A DNA stretch of 64,000 nt from an uncultured Eubacteriales bacterium (GCA_900546485.1 URDK01000004.1:4589-68588), one strand, 5' to 3'; positions 1-9,985 are shown, numbered from the stretch's first letter. The notes: generated by a model from the letters alone, not told the origin. Made by a program: numbers and translations.

Positions 1-294
1 ATGAGCATGAGCGTAGTGATCGTAGGCGGCAACGAATGCATGGCGGGACAGTACGAGAGTATCTGCCGCGAGCACGGCTGCAAAGCTAAGGTATACACAA
101 AGCAGAACGGTTCGCTTAAGAAAAAAGTTGGAACACCGGATCTGCTGATACTTTTCATAAGTACGGTGTCGCACAAGATGGCCCTGAGTGTCATTCAGGA
201 GGCGAAAAAGAACAGCGTGCCCGTAGCACGGGTGCTCACAAGCAGTGGGACGGCCCTGCGCGCAGCTCTTGCCGAGCACGTTGCAACGGTCTGA
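1..294 (+). CDS. Small hypothetical protein, possibly DUF2325-like. It is complete only if the ATG at position 1 is the true start.
   Basis: ORF at the window edge with a compact alpha/beta-like composition (VVIVGGNE...LLILFISTVSH). The family assignment is from memory only. Confidence 0.4.
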   Translation: MSMSVVIVGGNECMAGQYESICREHGCKAKVYTKQNGSLKKKVGTPDLLILFISTVSHKMALSVIQEAKKNSVPVARVLTSSGTALRAALAEHVATV

Positions 295-302
295 GGGGCA
301 CC

Positions 303-860
303 ATGGCACCGCTGGAAAAGTACATGATAGAGCAGGGGGCTCCCACGCTTGCAAGCCTCAAGACCGGCACGCTCTTTTGCGTGGACACGGTGGAGACAGG
401 CGAACTGCTCCGGCAGATAGGCAGATGGGACAGAAACCTTGCAGATAAGGGCATTTCAATAACACTGCTGCGCTACAACGGTCACAGGGCTTTGGTGTAT
501 ATGTATCGCCGCACGCAGCTGCAGCGCGACCTAATGGCCGTGGGGGCTGCGGAGCTGCTGAAGCAGTGCGGCTATGTGTCGATTGAGTCGGAACATGCTA
601 TTTCAAAGCTGCGCGAGCGCTTCTGTGAGGGCGGCGAGTTCCCGCATGAGATCGGCCTGTTTTTGGGCTATCCATTGTGCGATGTGCTGGGCTATATCAA
701 GAACCGGGGCAGGAACAGCAAGCTCACCGGATGGTGGCAGGTGTATGGAGACGAACAGAGCGCTGCCCGTCAGTTCGAGCGCTTCCGCAGGTGTCGTGAT
801 ATCTACTCAAGGCTCTGGAGTGAGGGTAAAACGGTGCAGCAGCTTACTGTATGCGCCTGA
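303..860 (+). CDS. Hypothetical protein (DUF3793-like)
   Basis: 185-aa ORF, tightly spaced after the previous gene and in the same orientation as the flavodoxin gene. Confidence 0.4.
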   Translation: MAPLEKYMIEQGAPTLASLKTGTLFCVDTVETGELLRQIGRWDRNLADKGISITLLRYNGHRALVYMYRRTQLQRDLMAVGAAELLKQCGYVSIESEHAISKLRERFCEGGEFPHEIGLFLGYPLCDVLGYIKNRGRNSKLTGWWQVYGDEQSAARQFERFRRCRDIYSRLWSEGKTVQQLTVCA

Positions 861-889
861 GCAAAATTAATTGAAAAGAGGTAATAGTA

Positions 890-1312
890 ATGAGCAAGAT
901 CGCGGTCGTATATTGGAGCGGCACGGGCAACACTGAGGCCATGGCCAGAAGCGTTGCGGAGGGAGCACACTCCGCTGGTGCGGAGGTAGAGGTGCTTACA
1001 GCCGCTGAATTCGGTCCGGACAAGCTGGCGGCTTATGACGCCGCTGCCTTCGGTTGCCCGGCAATGGGGGCAGAACAGCTCGAGGAGGATGAGTTCGAAC
1101 CTATGTTCTCAGACTGCAAGGCTGCGCTGAAAGGCAAGAAGATAGCACTCTTCGGCTCCTACGGTTGGGGCGACGGAGAGTGGATGCGCTCCTGGGAGGC
1201 CACCGCAAAGTCTTATGGCGCCCTCCTCGCCTGCGACAGCGTCATATGCGCCGATGCGCCTGACGCCGCGGCTAAGTCCGCCTGCGAGGCGCTGGGCAAG
1301 GTGCTGGCATAG
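890..1312 (+). CDS. Flavodoxin (short-chain)
   Basis: MSKIAVVYWSGTGNTE FMN-binding N-terminal motif, 140 aa. An RBS-like aaaagaggtaa lies upstream. Confidence 0.8.
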   Translation: MSKIAVVYWSGTGNTEAMARSVAEGAHSAGAEVEVLTAAEFGPDKLAAYDAAAFGCPAMGAEQLEEDEFEPMFSDCKAALKGKKIALFGSYGWGDGEWMRSWEATAKSYGALLACDSVICADAPDAAAKSACEALGKVLA

Positions 1313-1350
1313 TTCGGCTGGCGCTGTGATGGCTTGCAGTAAAACAAAAA

Positions 1351-1377
1351 AGAGAGGGGAGACCCTCTCTTTTTTTA
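1351..1377. terminator. Bidirectional rho-independent terminator
   Basis: agagagggg-aga-cccctctct hairpin flanked by an A-run and a T-run. It sits between the convergent flavodoxin and DtxR-family genes. Confidence 0.7.
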
Positions 1378-1384
1378 TTTTCTA

Positions 1385-1762
1385 TCAATCGTTTTTTAGG
1401 CCGGAGGACACGTGGGCCTTGAGGGCCTCAAAGGTCTCGGCGCTGATGACGTGCTCGATACGGCAGGCGTCCTCGGCTGCTACCTCCGGGCTGACGCCCA
1501 TGGTTGTAAGCCAGTCTGTTATGAGTGTATGACGCTCGTATATCTTTTCGGCAATCTCCCGGCCCTTGTCGAGCAAGGTGATAAAGCCGTCCTTGTCGAC
1601 CTCGATATAGCCGTTTGTTCTGAGGTTTTTCATCGCCACGCTGACGCTCGGCTTGGAGAAGGAGAGCTCGTTCGCGATGTCTATGGAACGGACGTTTCCC
1701 TGTCTGTTGTGGAGTACCAGGATGGCCTCAAGGTAGTTTTCTGCTGACTCCTGAATCTTCAA
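1385..1762 (-). CDS. DtxR/MntR-family metal-dependent transcriptional repressor
   Basis: N-terminal HTH (ENYLEAILVL...SIDIANELSFSKPSVSVAMKNL) and a dimerisation/metal-binding region. 125 aa. Confidence 0.8.
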   Translation of the reverse strand: MKIQESAENYLEAILVLHNRQGNVRSIDIANELSFSKPSVSVAMKNLRTNGYIEVDKDGFITLLDKGREIAEKIYERHTLITDWLTTMGVSPEVAAEDACRIEHVISAETFEALKAHVSSGLKND

Positions 1763-1845
1763 GACGATTACACCCCATTGTGTGCCTTAATTTTTCTTAA
1801 TATAATACCACATTTCGTCCGTGCATATCAAGAGCCAAAACGCGG

Positions 1846-1874
1846 TTGACAATCGGTCTGCGCCGGGATAATAT
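1846..1874 (+). promoter_or_regulatory. Sigma-A-type promoter of tgt
   Basis: TTGACA - 17 nt - TAATAT, about 35 nt upstream of the tgt start. Confidence 0.55.
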
Positions 1875-1909
1875 TCAATGAGTGAATTAGTCATAACAGG
1901 GGGAAACAA

Positions 1910-3040
1910 ATGTTCAAGGTAATAAAGACAGAAGGCCGGGCTCGGCGTGGCGAATTCACCTGTCCGCACGGCACGGTCCAGACGCCGGTGTTCATGAATG
2001 TGGGCACTCAGGGCGCGATAAAGGGCGCGCTTTCGGCGAAGGACTTGAGCGAGATCGGATGCCAGATAGAGCTTTCGAACACTTACCATCTCCATGTCCG
2101 TCCGGGGGACGAGCTAATAAAGTCGCTTGGCGGGCTGCATAAGTTCATGACCTGGGACGGGCCCATCCTCACGGACAGCGGCGGGTTTCAGATATTCTCC
2201 CTTGCTCAGCTGCGCAAAATAGGGGAGGACGGCGTGCGCTTCAATTGCCATGTCGACGGCCGCCACATCTTCATGGGTCCCGAGGAGAGCATGAGAATAC
2301 AGTCCAATCTCGGCTCCGACATCGCCATGGCCTTTGATGAGTGCATCAAGATCCCCTCTCCATACGAGTACGTCAGACAGAGCTGTGACCGCACCGTTCG
2401 CTGGCTTGAGCGCTGCAAAAAGGCGCTTAATGAGTATAACTCCGAGTCTGATGCCGTGAACCCCGGTCAGGTGATCTTCGGAATCAACCAGGGCGCGGTA
2501 TTCCACGACATACGCATAGACCACATGAAGCGTATTGCAGACCTGGATCTGCCTGGGTATGCCATAGGCGGTCTCGCCGTGGGAGAGACAGCGGAGGAGA
2601 TGTACGACACCATAGAAGCCGTCGAGGAGCACATGCCAAAGGATCGCCCTCGCTATCTCATGGGCGTCGGCACCCCTGGAAACATCATTGAGTCCGTGTG
2701 GCGCGGCGTGGACTTCTTCGACTGCGTCATGCCCGCGCGTAACGGCAGACACGGCCATCTCTTCACCTGGGAGGGCATAATAAACATCAAAAACGCCAAA
2801 TACGAGCGTGATGAGGGCCCAATAGCCCCCGGCTGCGACTGCCCTGTGTGCCGCAGGTACTCCCGCGCTTACGTGAGGCATCTTTTCAAAGCGGAGGAGA
2901 TGCTGGCTATGCGCTTTGCCGTCACTCACAACCTCTGGTTCTATAACGACCTCATGCGCCGAATACGCACAGCGCTCGACGAGGGCCGCTTTGCGGAGTT
3001 CCGCGGCAGATACTCAAAGATTTTGGATACAAGGATATAA
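1910..3040 (+). CDS. tgt: Queuine tRNA-ribosyltransferase (tRNA-guanine transglycosylase)
   Basis: MFKVIKTEGRARRGEF...TPVFMNVGTQ and a C-terminal zinc site CDCPVCRRYSRAY. 376 aa. Confidence 0.9.
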   Translation: MFKVIKTEGRARRGEFTCPHGTVQTPVFMNVGTQGAIKGALSAKDLSEIGCQIELSNTYHLHVRPGDELIKSLGGLHKFMTWDGPILTDSGGFQIFSLAQLRKIGEDGVRFNCHVDGRHIFMGPEESMRIQSNLGSDIAMAFDECIKIPSPYEYVRQSCDRTVRWLERCKKALNEYNSESDAVNPGQVIFGINQGAVFHDIRIDHMKRIADLDLPGYAIGGLAVGETAEEMYDTIEAVEEHMPKDRPRYLMGVGTPGNIIESVWRGVDFFDCVMPARNGRHGHLFTWEGIINIKNAKYERDEGPIAPGCDCPVCRRYSRAYVRHLFKAEEMLAMRFAVTHNLWFYNDLMRRIRTALDEGRFAEFRGRYSKILDTRI

Positions 3041-3045
3041 TTTTC

Positions 3046-3074
3046 TTGCATTTAGGAGAATATGAGGTTATAAT
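3046..3074 (+). promoter_or_regulatory. Sigma-A-type promoter of yajC
   Basis: TTGCAT - 17 nt - TATAAT. Confidence 0.5.
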
Positions 3075-3112
3075 TGACACGCTGTACATTTTCTCAGGTT
3101 GGAGGTTATTAA

Positions 3113-3535
3113 ATGTTCTACAATGTCCTTACAGCAGACGCAGCTGCGACCGGCGGCCTCGGCGGAATGTCGTCGCTCCTGTTCCTGGTCATCATCTTCG
3201 TCGTCTTCTACTTCTTCCTCATTCGTCCGGAGAACAAGAGGAAAAAGAAACTCACCGAGATGCGCAACAACATCAGCATCGGCGATGAGATTGTTACCAT
3301 CGGCGGCATAATGGGTAAAGTCGTACAGGTCACCGAGGATACCATCACCTTCGAGACCGGTGAGGACCGCGTCCGCATGCAGGTCACCAAGTGGGCCATC
3401 TCCTCCAACGTCCGCGAGGAGAAGCAGCGCGCTGCGCAGGAGGCTGCCGCCAGGGCCGCCAAGAGCAAGGGCAAGAAGAACGCTGCCAAGACCTCCGGCG
3501 AGGAAAACAAAATAGACGAGGGCAAGGGCGAATAA
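3113..3535 (+). CDS. yajC: Preprotein translocase subunit YajC
   Basis: Single TM followed by IRPENKRKK...GDEIVTIGGIMGKV. It lies immediately after tgt, as in many Firmicutes. Confidence 0.85.
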   Translation: MFYNVLTADAAATGGLGGMSSLLFLVIIFVVFYFFLIRPENKRKKKLTEMRNNISIGDEIVTIGGIMGKVVQVTEDTITFETGEDRVRMQVTKWAISSNVREEKQRAAQEAAARAAKSKGKKNAAKTSGEENKIDEGKGE

Positions 3536-3557
3536 GTCTGGGCCAAGTCATTAAATT

Positions 3558-3600
3558 CCCCCCGACGCAATAGGATGTACAAAACATCCGCGTCGGGGGG
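3558..3600 (+). terminator. Rho-independent terminator after yajC
   Basis: ccccccgacgc...gcgtcgggggg hairpin. Confidence 0.6.
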
Positions 3601-3608
3601 AATTTTAT

Positions 3609-4037
3609 ATGCAGACAAGTGTTGAAAGGAAAGGGAAGAAGAGGTCACGGCTGAGATGGTACATATTCGGTCCTGTGCTTGGCGCTGTGGTCACGATCCT
3701 GCTGCTGTATCTTACGGCGATGCTGCTAGAAAGGCAGATACTGCCTTATTCGCTTGCGCGTGAGTTTGTCATAGCCTGCCTGTTCCTGGGCTCGGCGGCT
3801 GGCGGAGCGGCGGCGGCCAAGAGACGCGGCTCTGCGGCTCTACCGTCGGGCCTTGCTGCAGGTGCGGCAATCGCGGCGGCTGTGGTCATCCTCTCACTGA
3901 TGGTGCAGGGGGAGAGAGCCGTATCAGCAAACTGCCTTCGCAACGTGATCGCCGCGGTTGCGGGCGGCGCCTTTGGAGGAGCCCTTTGCCTTGACCGCGG
4001 GCGAGGGAAACGTAAAAAGCACGCACGCAAAAGATAG
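3609..4037 (+). CDS. Small membrane protein (TIGR04086-like), function unknown
   Basis: Basic N-terminus followed by 3-4 hydrophobic Gly/Ala-rich helices. Confidence 0.5.
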   Translation: MQTSVERKGKKRSRLRWYIFGPVLGAVVTILLLYLTAMLLERQILPYSLAREFVIACLFLGSAAGGAAAAKRRGSAALPSGLAAGAAIAAAVVILSLMVQGERAVSANCLRNVIAAVAGGAFGGALCLDRGRGKRKKHARKR

Positions 4038-4341
4038 GAATATAACAGATAGTAATATTTTGCTCAGGTAGACATAATTGCAAAATGATTACCAACATGT
4101 TGTTATCATGCAGAAAGAAGCTCACCAAATATTGTGATTATGCCAGTGCTTTCAAGCATTTTTCCGATGAGTGGTAGCGGTAGTTGACATAATACAGTTA
4201 ACATAATACATAGGCATAATTCACAAAAATGCACTTATTTTGACAAAGGACTTGATTACTGATGGAATTTGTATTATATTGTGCCTACTTGAATTATGTA
4301 AATTGCGGCATTATCCCCCTGCGCTGCCGGGGTGAGCTTCG

Positions 4342-4938
4342 GTGAAGCCGGGGCGCCGTCTTCCACATATTGATACGGCCCGCTTGATGCGTCAGGGCGG
4401 TGAGGCGTTTGTCCTGCTCATCATAGCCGCGGCCTTTATAGCCGGTGCCGTCGGCGGTTCATTGCTAGGCTCCGGGGAGCTTTCCGCAGCTGAGGGCGTT
4501 TTGCCCGGAGACGGAAGTGTATACGGCTTCGATTCCTATTTTTCCCTGCTTTTTTCCTGCGCGAAGTATCATCTAATCGTATTGCTTTTTTCCACCTCGC
4601 TTGCCGGGGTGCTGCTTATACCGGCGACGCTTGCCTTCAGGGGCTTTGCCCTTTCATGCACGGCAGCCTGCGTTGTTTCTGCCTATCCAGAACAGGGCAC
4701 GGCGCTTGTTCTGGTCGTGCTGGGGTTGCCTGCGCTCCTGACAGTGCCAAGCCTGTTTATTGTCGCTTTCAGCGGCGAGCTGTTTTCGGCGCGGCTCGTT
4801 TCGCACTTTGTCCGCCGGCCTTTGCCGCCGCGCTATCGCCGCGGTGAGGACAGGGCTCTGGCCGTTGCCGTTATGCTTTTGGCTGCGGCGGCGATAGAGT
4901 GTTTTGCCGTACCGCCGCTCGTGCGGCTGCTTATTTAG
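4342..4938 (+). CDS. spoIIM: Stage II sporulation protein M
   Basis: Polytopic membrane protein of about 200 aa directly upstream of xerD, which is the conserved spoIIM-xerD arrangement. The start is uncertain (GTG at 4342, or the ATG at 4387). Confidence 0.6.
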   Translation: MKPGRRLPHIDTARLMRQGGEAFVLLIIAAAFIAGAVGGSLLGSGELSAAEGVLPGDGSVYGFDSYFSLLFSCAKYHLIVLLFSTSLAGVLLIPATLAFRGFALSCTAACVVSAYPEQGTALVLVVLGLPALLTVPSLFIVAFSGELFSARLVSHFVRRPLPPRYRRGEDRALAVAVMLLAAAAIECFAVPPLVRLLI

Positions 4939-4966
4939 AGATTGGGGAAAAGGGGGGAGACGTGTT

Positions 4967-5857
4967 TTGCAGGATGTCGTCTGTCTTGAGAAATTTGAAA
5001 AATACCTGACAGATGTTAAGAAGGCATCGGCCAACACGCTCGCCTCCTACATGCGTGACGTCAGGCAGCTGAGCGACTATGTTGCCGCGCACGACCTGCC
5101 GGAGCTTGATGAGCTGGATGACGATGAGCTCACTGCCTATATTTCCTGGCTCAGACACAACGGCAAGTCTCCCGCCACCGTCAGCCGCTGCATAGCCTCG
5201 CTCAAGAGCTTCTATTCGCTGCTGCTCACGCAGGGCATTGTCGATCACAACCCGGCTGCTGGACTGGTTCCGGAGAAGGCGGTGCAGAAGCTGCCGCAGA
5301 TACTGACCAGCAAAGAGGTCGAGCTCCTGCTCGAGCAGCCGGAGTGCACCGATATGAAGGGCTACCGGGACCGCGCAATGCTGGAGCTGCTGTACGCCAC
5401 CGGCATAAGGGTCAGCGAACTCATCTCGCTTGATATAACGGATGTGAATATACCCGCGGGCTTCATCCGCTGCAGAAGCAAAGACAAGGAAAGGATGATA
5501 CCACTTTATCCCGCTGCAATCAAGGCCCTTTCGGAATATGTCGAATTTATTCGCCCGCAGATGATAGCCTCTCCGGATGAGCCGTCGCTTTTTGTGAACA
5601 TCAGCGGAGAGCGCATGAGCCGCCAGGGATTCTGGAAGATAATCAAGACCTATCAGAAAAAAGCGGGCATCGAGAAGGACATCACTCCTCACACCCTGCG
5701 CCACAGCTTTGCGGCGCACCTGCTGGAAAACGGCGCGGATCTGCGCTCCATCCAGGAGATGCTGGGACATGCGGACATCTCCTCTACGCAGGTCTACTCA
5801 CACATCGTAAAAAAGCAGCTCAAGGATGTCTACAACAAGGCGCACCCGAGGGCATAA
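4967..5857 (+). CDS. xerD: Site-specific tyrosine recombinase XerD
   Basis: ARGTPTEL-type N-terminus (NTLASYMRDV) and C-terminal R..HxxR..Y (HTLRHSFAAHLL...TQVYSH). TTG start with an AAAGGGGGGA RBS. Confidence 0.85.
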   Translation: MQDVVCLEKFEKYLTDVKKASANTLASYMRDVRQLSDYVAAHDLPELDELDDDELTAYISWLRHNGKSPATVSRCIASLKSFYSLLLTQGIVDHNPAAGLVPEKAVQKLPQILTSKEVELLLEQPECTDMKGYRDRAMLELLYATGIRVSELISLDITDVNIPAGFIRCRSKDKERMIPLYPAAIKALSEYVEFIRPQMIASPDEPSLFVNISGERMSRQGFWKIIKTYQKKAGIEKDITPHTLRHSFAAHLLENGADLRSIQEMLGHADISSTQVYSHIVKKQLKDVYNKAHPRA

Positions 5858-5960
5858 GAGAGAGGAATTCCAAACAAAACCGGCGCGGTCTCCGCGCCGG
5901 TTTTGCGTTGCGCATATGACGGCGCCATGGTAAAATAGGCACACGGAAGGTGGCGGCAAT

Positions 5961-6692
5961 ATGAGAAAGCCCAAGATGATGATATTCGACTACGGCCACA
6001 CGCTCTGCTATGAGCCGGAGCAGGATTACGAGCGCGGTTGGTGCGCCGCCATGGAGCACGCAGTGCGCAACCCCCGTGGCATAAGTGCACATGAACTGCA
6101 TGAGTACAGCCGCGGCATATACGCTGACCTCTTTGGAAAAATGCGGCCTCTGGAGCTCGAGACGGACGGATTGAAGCTCGATGAGAGCATCTTTGACGCG
6201 CTGGGTCTTGAGTTCGACGTGTCAATGCAGGAGCTTGAGTACATCCGCTGGTGCGCCACGGAGCCGATCTTCCCCATGGAGGGAATTGAGGAGTTCCTGG
6301 CCCTCTGCCGCGAGCTGGGCATCCGCACGGGCGTCATAAGCAATCTCTCGTTTTCCGGAGCCACGCTGATACGGCGCATAAACGAGTGCCTGCCCTTCCA
6401 CAGCTTTGAATTCATCGTTGCCTCCAGCGAGTGCGTGTTTAGAAAGCCCTCGGAGCACATTTTCCGCCGTGCGCTTGGACTTGCCGGACTGGAACCCACG
6501 GACTGCTGGTTCGCCGGAGACGACGTGGAGTGCGACGTGGAGGGCGCCGCGCGTTCGGGACTGTACCCCATCTGGTTCAAGTGTCCGCTAAAGTGCACAT
6601 ATAAGCTCGAATGCCCGCATCCGCCCAGGTGCGAGCACCTTAAAGTCAGCTCATGGGCCGAGCTGAGAGAGCTGCTGTGCGGCTGCGAGTGA
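5961..6692 (+). CDS. HAD-superfamily hydrolase
   Basis: Motif I FDYGHTL, motif III K, and motif IV GDDVECD. It has an unusual Cys-rich C-terminal tail (CPLKCTYKLECPHPPRCEH...CGCE). Confidence 0.7.
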   Translation: MRKPKMMIFDYGHTLCYEPEQDYERGWCAAMEHAVRNPRGISAHELHEYSRGIYADLFGKMRPLELETDGLKLDESIFDALGLEFDVSMQELEYIRWCATEPIFPMEGIEEFLALCRELGIRTGVISNLSFSGATLIRRINECLPFHSFEFIVASSECVFRKPSEHIFRRALGLAGLEPTDCWFAGDDVECDVEGAARSGLYPIWFKCPLKCTYKLECPHPPRCEHLKVSSWAELRELLCGCE

Positions 6693-6747
6693 GCTTGCGA
6701 AAGCCGACGCGCTGTGGTACAATATCAGGATGAAAGCGGGGCGGCAA

Positions 6748-7263
6748 ATGCGCATTTTAGGGATAGACCCCGGCATAGCCATAGTGGGCTTCGGCGTCAT
6801 AGATTCAGACCGGGGAAAGCAGAGCTATGTCCGCTGCGGAGTGATAACAACGCCGGCGGGGACGAGCCTCTCAAGCCGGCTCGACCGCATCTACGCGGAC
6901 ATGGGCGAGGTCATACGCACCTTCAAGCCCGACGTAGCGGCAATAGAAGAGCTCTTTTTCAACACCAATATAACTACCGGCATCTCCGTCGCGCAGGGCA
7001 GGGGAGTCATACTGCTCGCCTGCTACCACGCGGGACTGCCGGTGTACGAGTATACGCCCCTCCAGGTTAAGCAGGCTGTCGTCGGCTATGGCCGGGCGGA
7101 AAAGCGTCAGGTCATCGACATGGTAAAGCGCATACTCTCTCTCAAATCGGCCCCGAAGCCGGACGATGCGGCGGATGCGGTGGCCATAGCGCTCTGCCAT
7201 GCGCGCAGCTCCACCTCGCTCATGGCTGACAAAACAGGAGGCAGCGTATGTTCTACCATCTAG
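6748..7263 (+). CDS. ruvC: Holliday junction resolvase RuvC
   Basis: MRILGIDPG start. The catalytic Asp/Glu context is conserved. Confidence 0.85.
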   Translation: MRILGIDPGIAIVGFGVIDSDRGKQSYVRCGVITTPAGTSLSSRLDRIYADMGEVIRTFKPDVAAIEELFFNTNITTGISVAQGRGVILLACYHAGLPVYEYTPLQVKQAVVGYGRAEKRQVIDMVKRILSLKSAPKPDDAADAVAIALCHARSSTSLMADKTGGSVCSTI

Positions 7264-7847
7264 ACGGAAAAGTCGCCGAGCTCGGCCAGGGGATGGCCGT
7301 CATTGACTGCAACGGCGTTGGATACCTTGTGAACGTGAGCCTGAACACCTTGGCGCAGCTGCGCAGCGGAGAACGGGCCAAGCTCTTTATATCGGAAAGC
7401 GTGAGGGAAGACGCCTTTGAGCTCTTCGGCTTTGCCTCAAAGAGCGAGAAGCGCAGCTTTGACCTGCTCATCGGCGTATCGGGCGTAGGCCCCAAGGCGG
7501 CGCTCTCTATACTCTCGGCGCACACGCCGGAGGCGCTGTCCATGGCAATCCTCTCGGGCGATGAGAAGGCCTTGACCGTCGCCCCTGGAATAGGTAAAAA
7601 GATCGCCCAGCGTGTCATCCTCGAGCTCAAGGACAAGCTTGCCAAGGAGAGCGCGGGCTTTGAGCTTCCGGTGAGGCCCGGAGTGTCCGTTCCTGTTGGA
7701 GAGGGCAAGCTGGCCGACGCGTCCTCCGCGCTCGGCGTCCTAGGCTACGGCCCTGCTGAGATATCCCAGGCCCTCAAGGGCGTGGATGTCTCCGTGCTTA
7801 GCACTGAGGAGATAATCAAGGCGGCACTTAAGAACATGATGAAGTGA
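7248..7847 (+). CDS. ruvA: Holliday junction branch migration protein RuvA
   Basis: MFYHLDGKV...GVGY; HhH motifs (GIGKKIAQRV). Confidence 0.85.
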   Translation: MFYHLDGKVAELGQGMAVIDCNGVGYLVNVSLNTLAQLRSGERAKLFISESVREDAFELFGFASKSEKRSFDLLIGVSGVGPKAALSILSAHTPEALSMAILSGDEKALTVAPGIGKKIAQRVILELKDKLAKESAGFELPVRPGVSVPVGEGKLADASSALGVLGYGPAEISQALKGVDVSVLSTEEIIKAALKNMMK

Positions 7848-7858
7848 GGTGAACACGC

Positions 7859-8905
7859 TTGAGTATCAGCTTTTCCGATGAGAATGAGGAGAGATTCATA
7901 ACCTCCACGACCATTCTGCCCGAGGATACGGCAGAGGTATCCCTCCGCCCAAGAACGCTCAGGGAATACATAGGTCAGCAGAAGGTTAAGGAGAACCTCA
8001 GCGTGTTCATCAAGGCCGCAAAGATGCGCGGCGAGCCGCTCGACCACGTGCTGCTGCACGGTCCCCCGGGACTTGGCAAGACAACTCTTGCCGAGGTCAT
8101 TGCAAACGAGATGGGCGTCAATATGCGCATGACCTCCGGCCCGTCAATAGCCAAAGCCGGAGACCTGGCCGCGCTACTGACCAACCTCCAGGAGAACGAC
8201 ATCCTCTTCGTGGACGAGATACACCGCCTTGACCGCGCGGTTGAGGAGATACTGTACCCTGCGATGGAGGACTACGCCATCGATATCATCATTGGCAAGG
8301 GCCCCTCGGCCAACTCCATAAGGCTCGACCTTCCGCGCTTCACGCTCATTGGCGCAACCACGCGCTCGGGCCAGCTCACCGCGCCTCTGCGTGACCGCTT
8401 CGGCGTTACGCTCAGGCTGGAGCTCTATACGATAGATGAGCTGCGCAGCATAATAACTCGAAGCGCCGGGATACTCGGCGTCGAGATAGAGCCTGACGGC
8501 GCGGACGAGATAGCCTCGCGCTCCCGCGGCACGCCGCGAATAGCCAACCGGATGCTCCGCCGCGTGCGGGATTTTGCGCAGGTCAACGCCGGCGGCGTCA
8601 TAACCCGCGAAGTGGCCAATGACGCTCTGCTGCGCCTCGAGGTCGACAAGGACGGCCTCGATTCCCTCGACCGACGCATGCTCCGCAGCATAATCGAGCT
8701 CTACGGCGGCGGGCCGGTCGGCCTCGATACTCTGGCTGCCACAATTAATGAGGAGACTGTCACAATAGAGGACGTCTATGAGCCGTATCTGCTCCAGCAG
8801 GGCTATCTCACGCGCACACCGCGCGGCCGCTGTGCCACCCGCCGCGCCTATGAGCACCTCGGTCTGGACTTCCCGGCACAGGAGCAGGAGCAGCTCTCGC
8901 TGTGA
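7859..8905 (+). CDS. ruvB: Holliday junction DNA helicase RuvB
   Basis: Walker [10 protein letters not shown], Walker [11 protein letters not shown] and a sensor region. 348 aa. Confidence 0.9.
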   Translation: MSISFSDENEERFITSTTILPEDTAEVSLRPRTLREYIGQQKVKENLSVFIKAAKMRGEPLDHVLLHGPPGLGKTTLAEVIANEMGVNMRMTSGPSIAKAGDLAALLTNLQENDILFVDEIHRLDRAVEEILYPAMEDYAIDIIIGKGPSANSIRLDLPRFTLIGATTRSGQLTAPLRDRFGVTLRLELYTIDELRSIITRSAGILGVEIEPDGADEIASRSRGTPRIANRMLRRVRDFAQVNAGGVITREVANDALLRLEVDKDGLDSLDRRMLRSIIELYGGGPVGLDTLAATINEETVTIEDVYEPYLLQQGYLTRTPRGRCATRRAYEHLGLDFPAQEQEQLSL

Positions 8906-8961
8906 AATGAATCAACCTATAAAAAATTCTCGAAAATCGAGCATAAAAACGACATTTTGTC

Positions 8962-8989
8962 TTGACTTTCCAGAACTTTGTAATATAAT
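8962..8989 (+). promoter_or_regulatory. Strong sigma-A-type promoter of the sigma-factor gene
   Basis: TTGACT - 16 nt - TATAAT. Confidence 0.55.
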
Positions 8990-9007
8990 CATAAAGCAGA
9001 TTGTAAT

Positions 9008-9631
9008 ATGACAGATTATTTTGTACTAACAGACACAGAGCTGTGGCGTCTTGCTTCCAAAGGAGACGCTGGCGCGGAGGAGGAGCTCATAGAGCGATAC
9101 GCCCGTACCGTCCGCATTTGTGCCCGCCCGTACTTCCTTGCGGGAGGGGACAGCGAGGACCTCATTCAGGAGGGCATGCTCGGTTTGCTTTCCGCCATCC
9201 GCTGCTATGACGAAGCCTCTGGAGCGTCGTTCAAGACATTTGCAGAGACCTGCATACGCAATCGCGTGCTCGAGGCCGTGAAGGCCGCGTCGCGTAAGAA
9301 ACATGGCCCGCTGAATGACGGCGTGTCATTGGAATATATCATCCTCTCAGAAGAATCCCAAGTCGGCCCAGCGACCCAGCCGGAAATTTTCAGGCGTACC
9401 CCTGAGGAACAGGTTCTTGCCAGAGAGAGCGAAAAAGAGTTTTATTCCAACTTTTCACGGTGTTTGTCCGTGTTCGAGACAGAGGTTCTTTTCCACTTCC
9501 TCGACGGGCTTTCCTACCGTCAGATAGCCGAAGCCGTGGGGCGCACGGAAAAGGCTGTTGACAACGCCGTGCAGCGTATCCGCCGCAAACTGGCGAGACA
9601 ACCATTCCTAGGCGATATCAGCAGGAGCTGA
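9008..9631 (+). CDS. sigH: RNA polymerase sigma factor, SigH-like (sigma-70 family, regions 2 and 4)
   Basis: Close colinear similarity to Bacillus SigH in region 2 (YFLAGGDSEDLIQEGMLGL / FKTFAETCIRNRVLEAVKAA..KHGPLN) and region 4 (LDGLSYRQIAEAVGRTEKAVDNAVQRIRRKL). Confidence 0.65.
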   Translation: MTDYFVLTDTELWRLASKGDAGAEEELIERYARTVRICARPYFLAGGDSEDLIQEGMLGLLSAIRCYDEASGASFKTFAETCIRNRVLEAVKAASRKKHGPLNDGVSLEYIILSEESQVGPATQPEIFRRTPEEQVLARESEKEFYSNFSRCLSVFETEVLFHFLDGLSYRQIAEAVGRTEKAVDNAVQRIRRKLARQPFLGDISRS

Positions 9632-9678
9632 GCGCAATAAAGCCGAAAGGCGAGTATCATCAAAAGAGAGGGTAAAAA

Positions 9679-9966
9679 ATGTTCGAAGACAAAGTCTTGG
9701 TATGCAAAGAGTGCGGTCAGGAGTTCGTGTTCTCCGCCGGTGAGCAGGAGTTCTACGCTGAGCGTGGATTCCAGAACGAGCCCCAGCGCTGCAAGCCCTG
9801 CCGCGACGCCCGCAAGAACGCGGCCCGCGGTCCCCGCGAGTTCTTCACCGCTGTCTGCGCCATGTGCGGCGGCGAGGCGAAGGTTCCCTTCGAGCCCAAG
9901 TCCGACCGTCCCGTGTACTGCAGCGAGTGCTTTGCTAAGATTCGCGAGCAGCAGGACAACGCCTGA
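9679..9966 (+). CDS. Zinc-ribbon protein (zf-trcl-like, two CxxC...CxxC units)
   Basis: CKECG...CKPC and CAMCG...CSEC. Confidence 0.6.
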   Translation: MFEDKVLVCKECGQEFVFSAGEQEFYAERGFQNEPQRCKPCRDARKNAARGPREFFTAVCAMCGGEAKVPFEPKSDRPVYCSECFAKIREQQDNA

Positions 9967-9985
9967 ATAAGCGTACTGCCGTAGA

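Noticed and set aside
2114-2929. Long antisense ORFs inside tgt, and similar ones inside xerD (4931-5770), ruvB (8174-8857), trmK/nif3 (10700-11422), the HK (13621-14418), vanXY/ligase (20155-21219), vanS (21827-22978), fba (45458-46381), pfk (46427-47377) and the island SBP (59148-60167)
   Set aside because: Their translations have no family resemblance and are Arg/Ala/Gly-rich. Each overlaps a confidently identified gene on the other strand. Stop-free frames are expected in high-GC DNA.
4040-4340. Possible sigma-E-type promoter or small ORF (30 aa, 4084-4176) in the AT-rich gap before spoIIM
   Set aside because: There is no convincing match to the sigma-E consensus by eye. The 30-aa ORF lacks an RBS and has no recognisable features. 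The region is probably just the spoIIM promoter.
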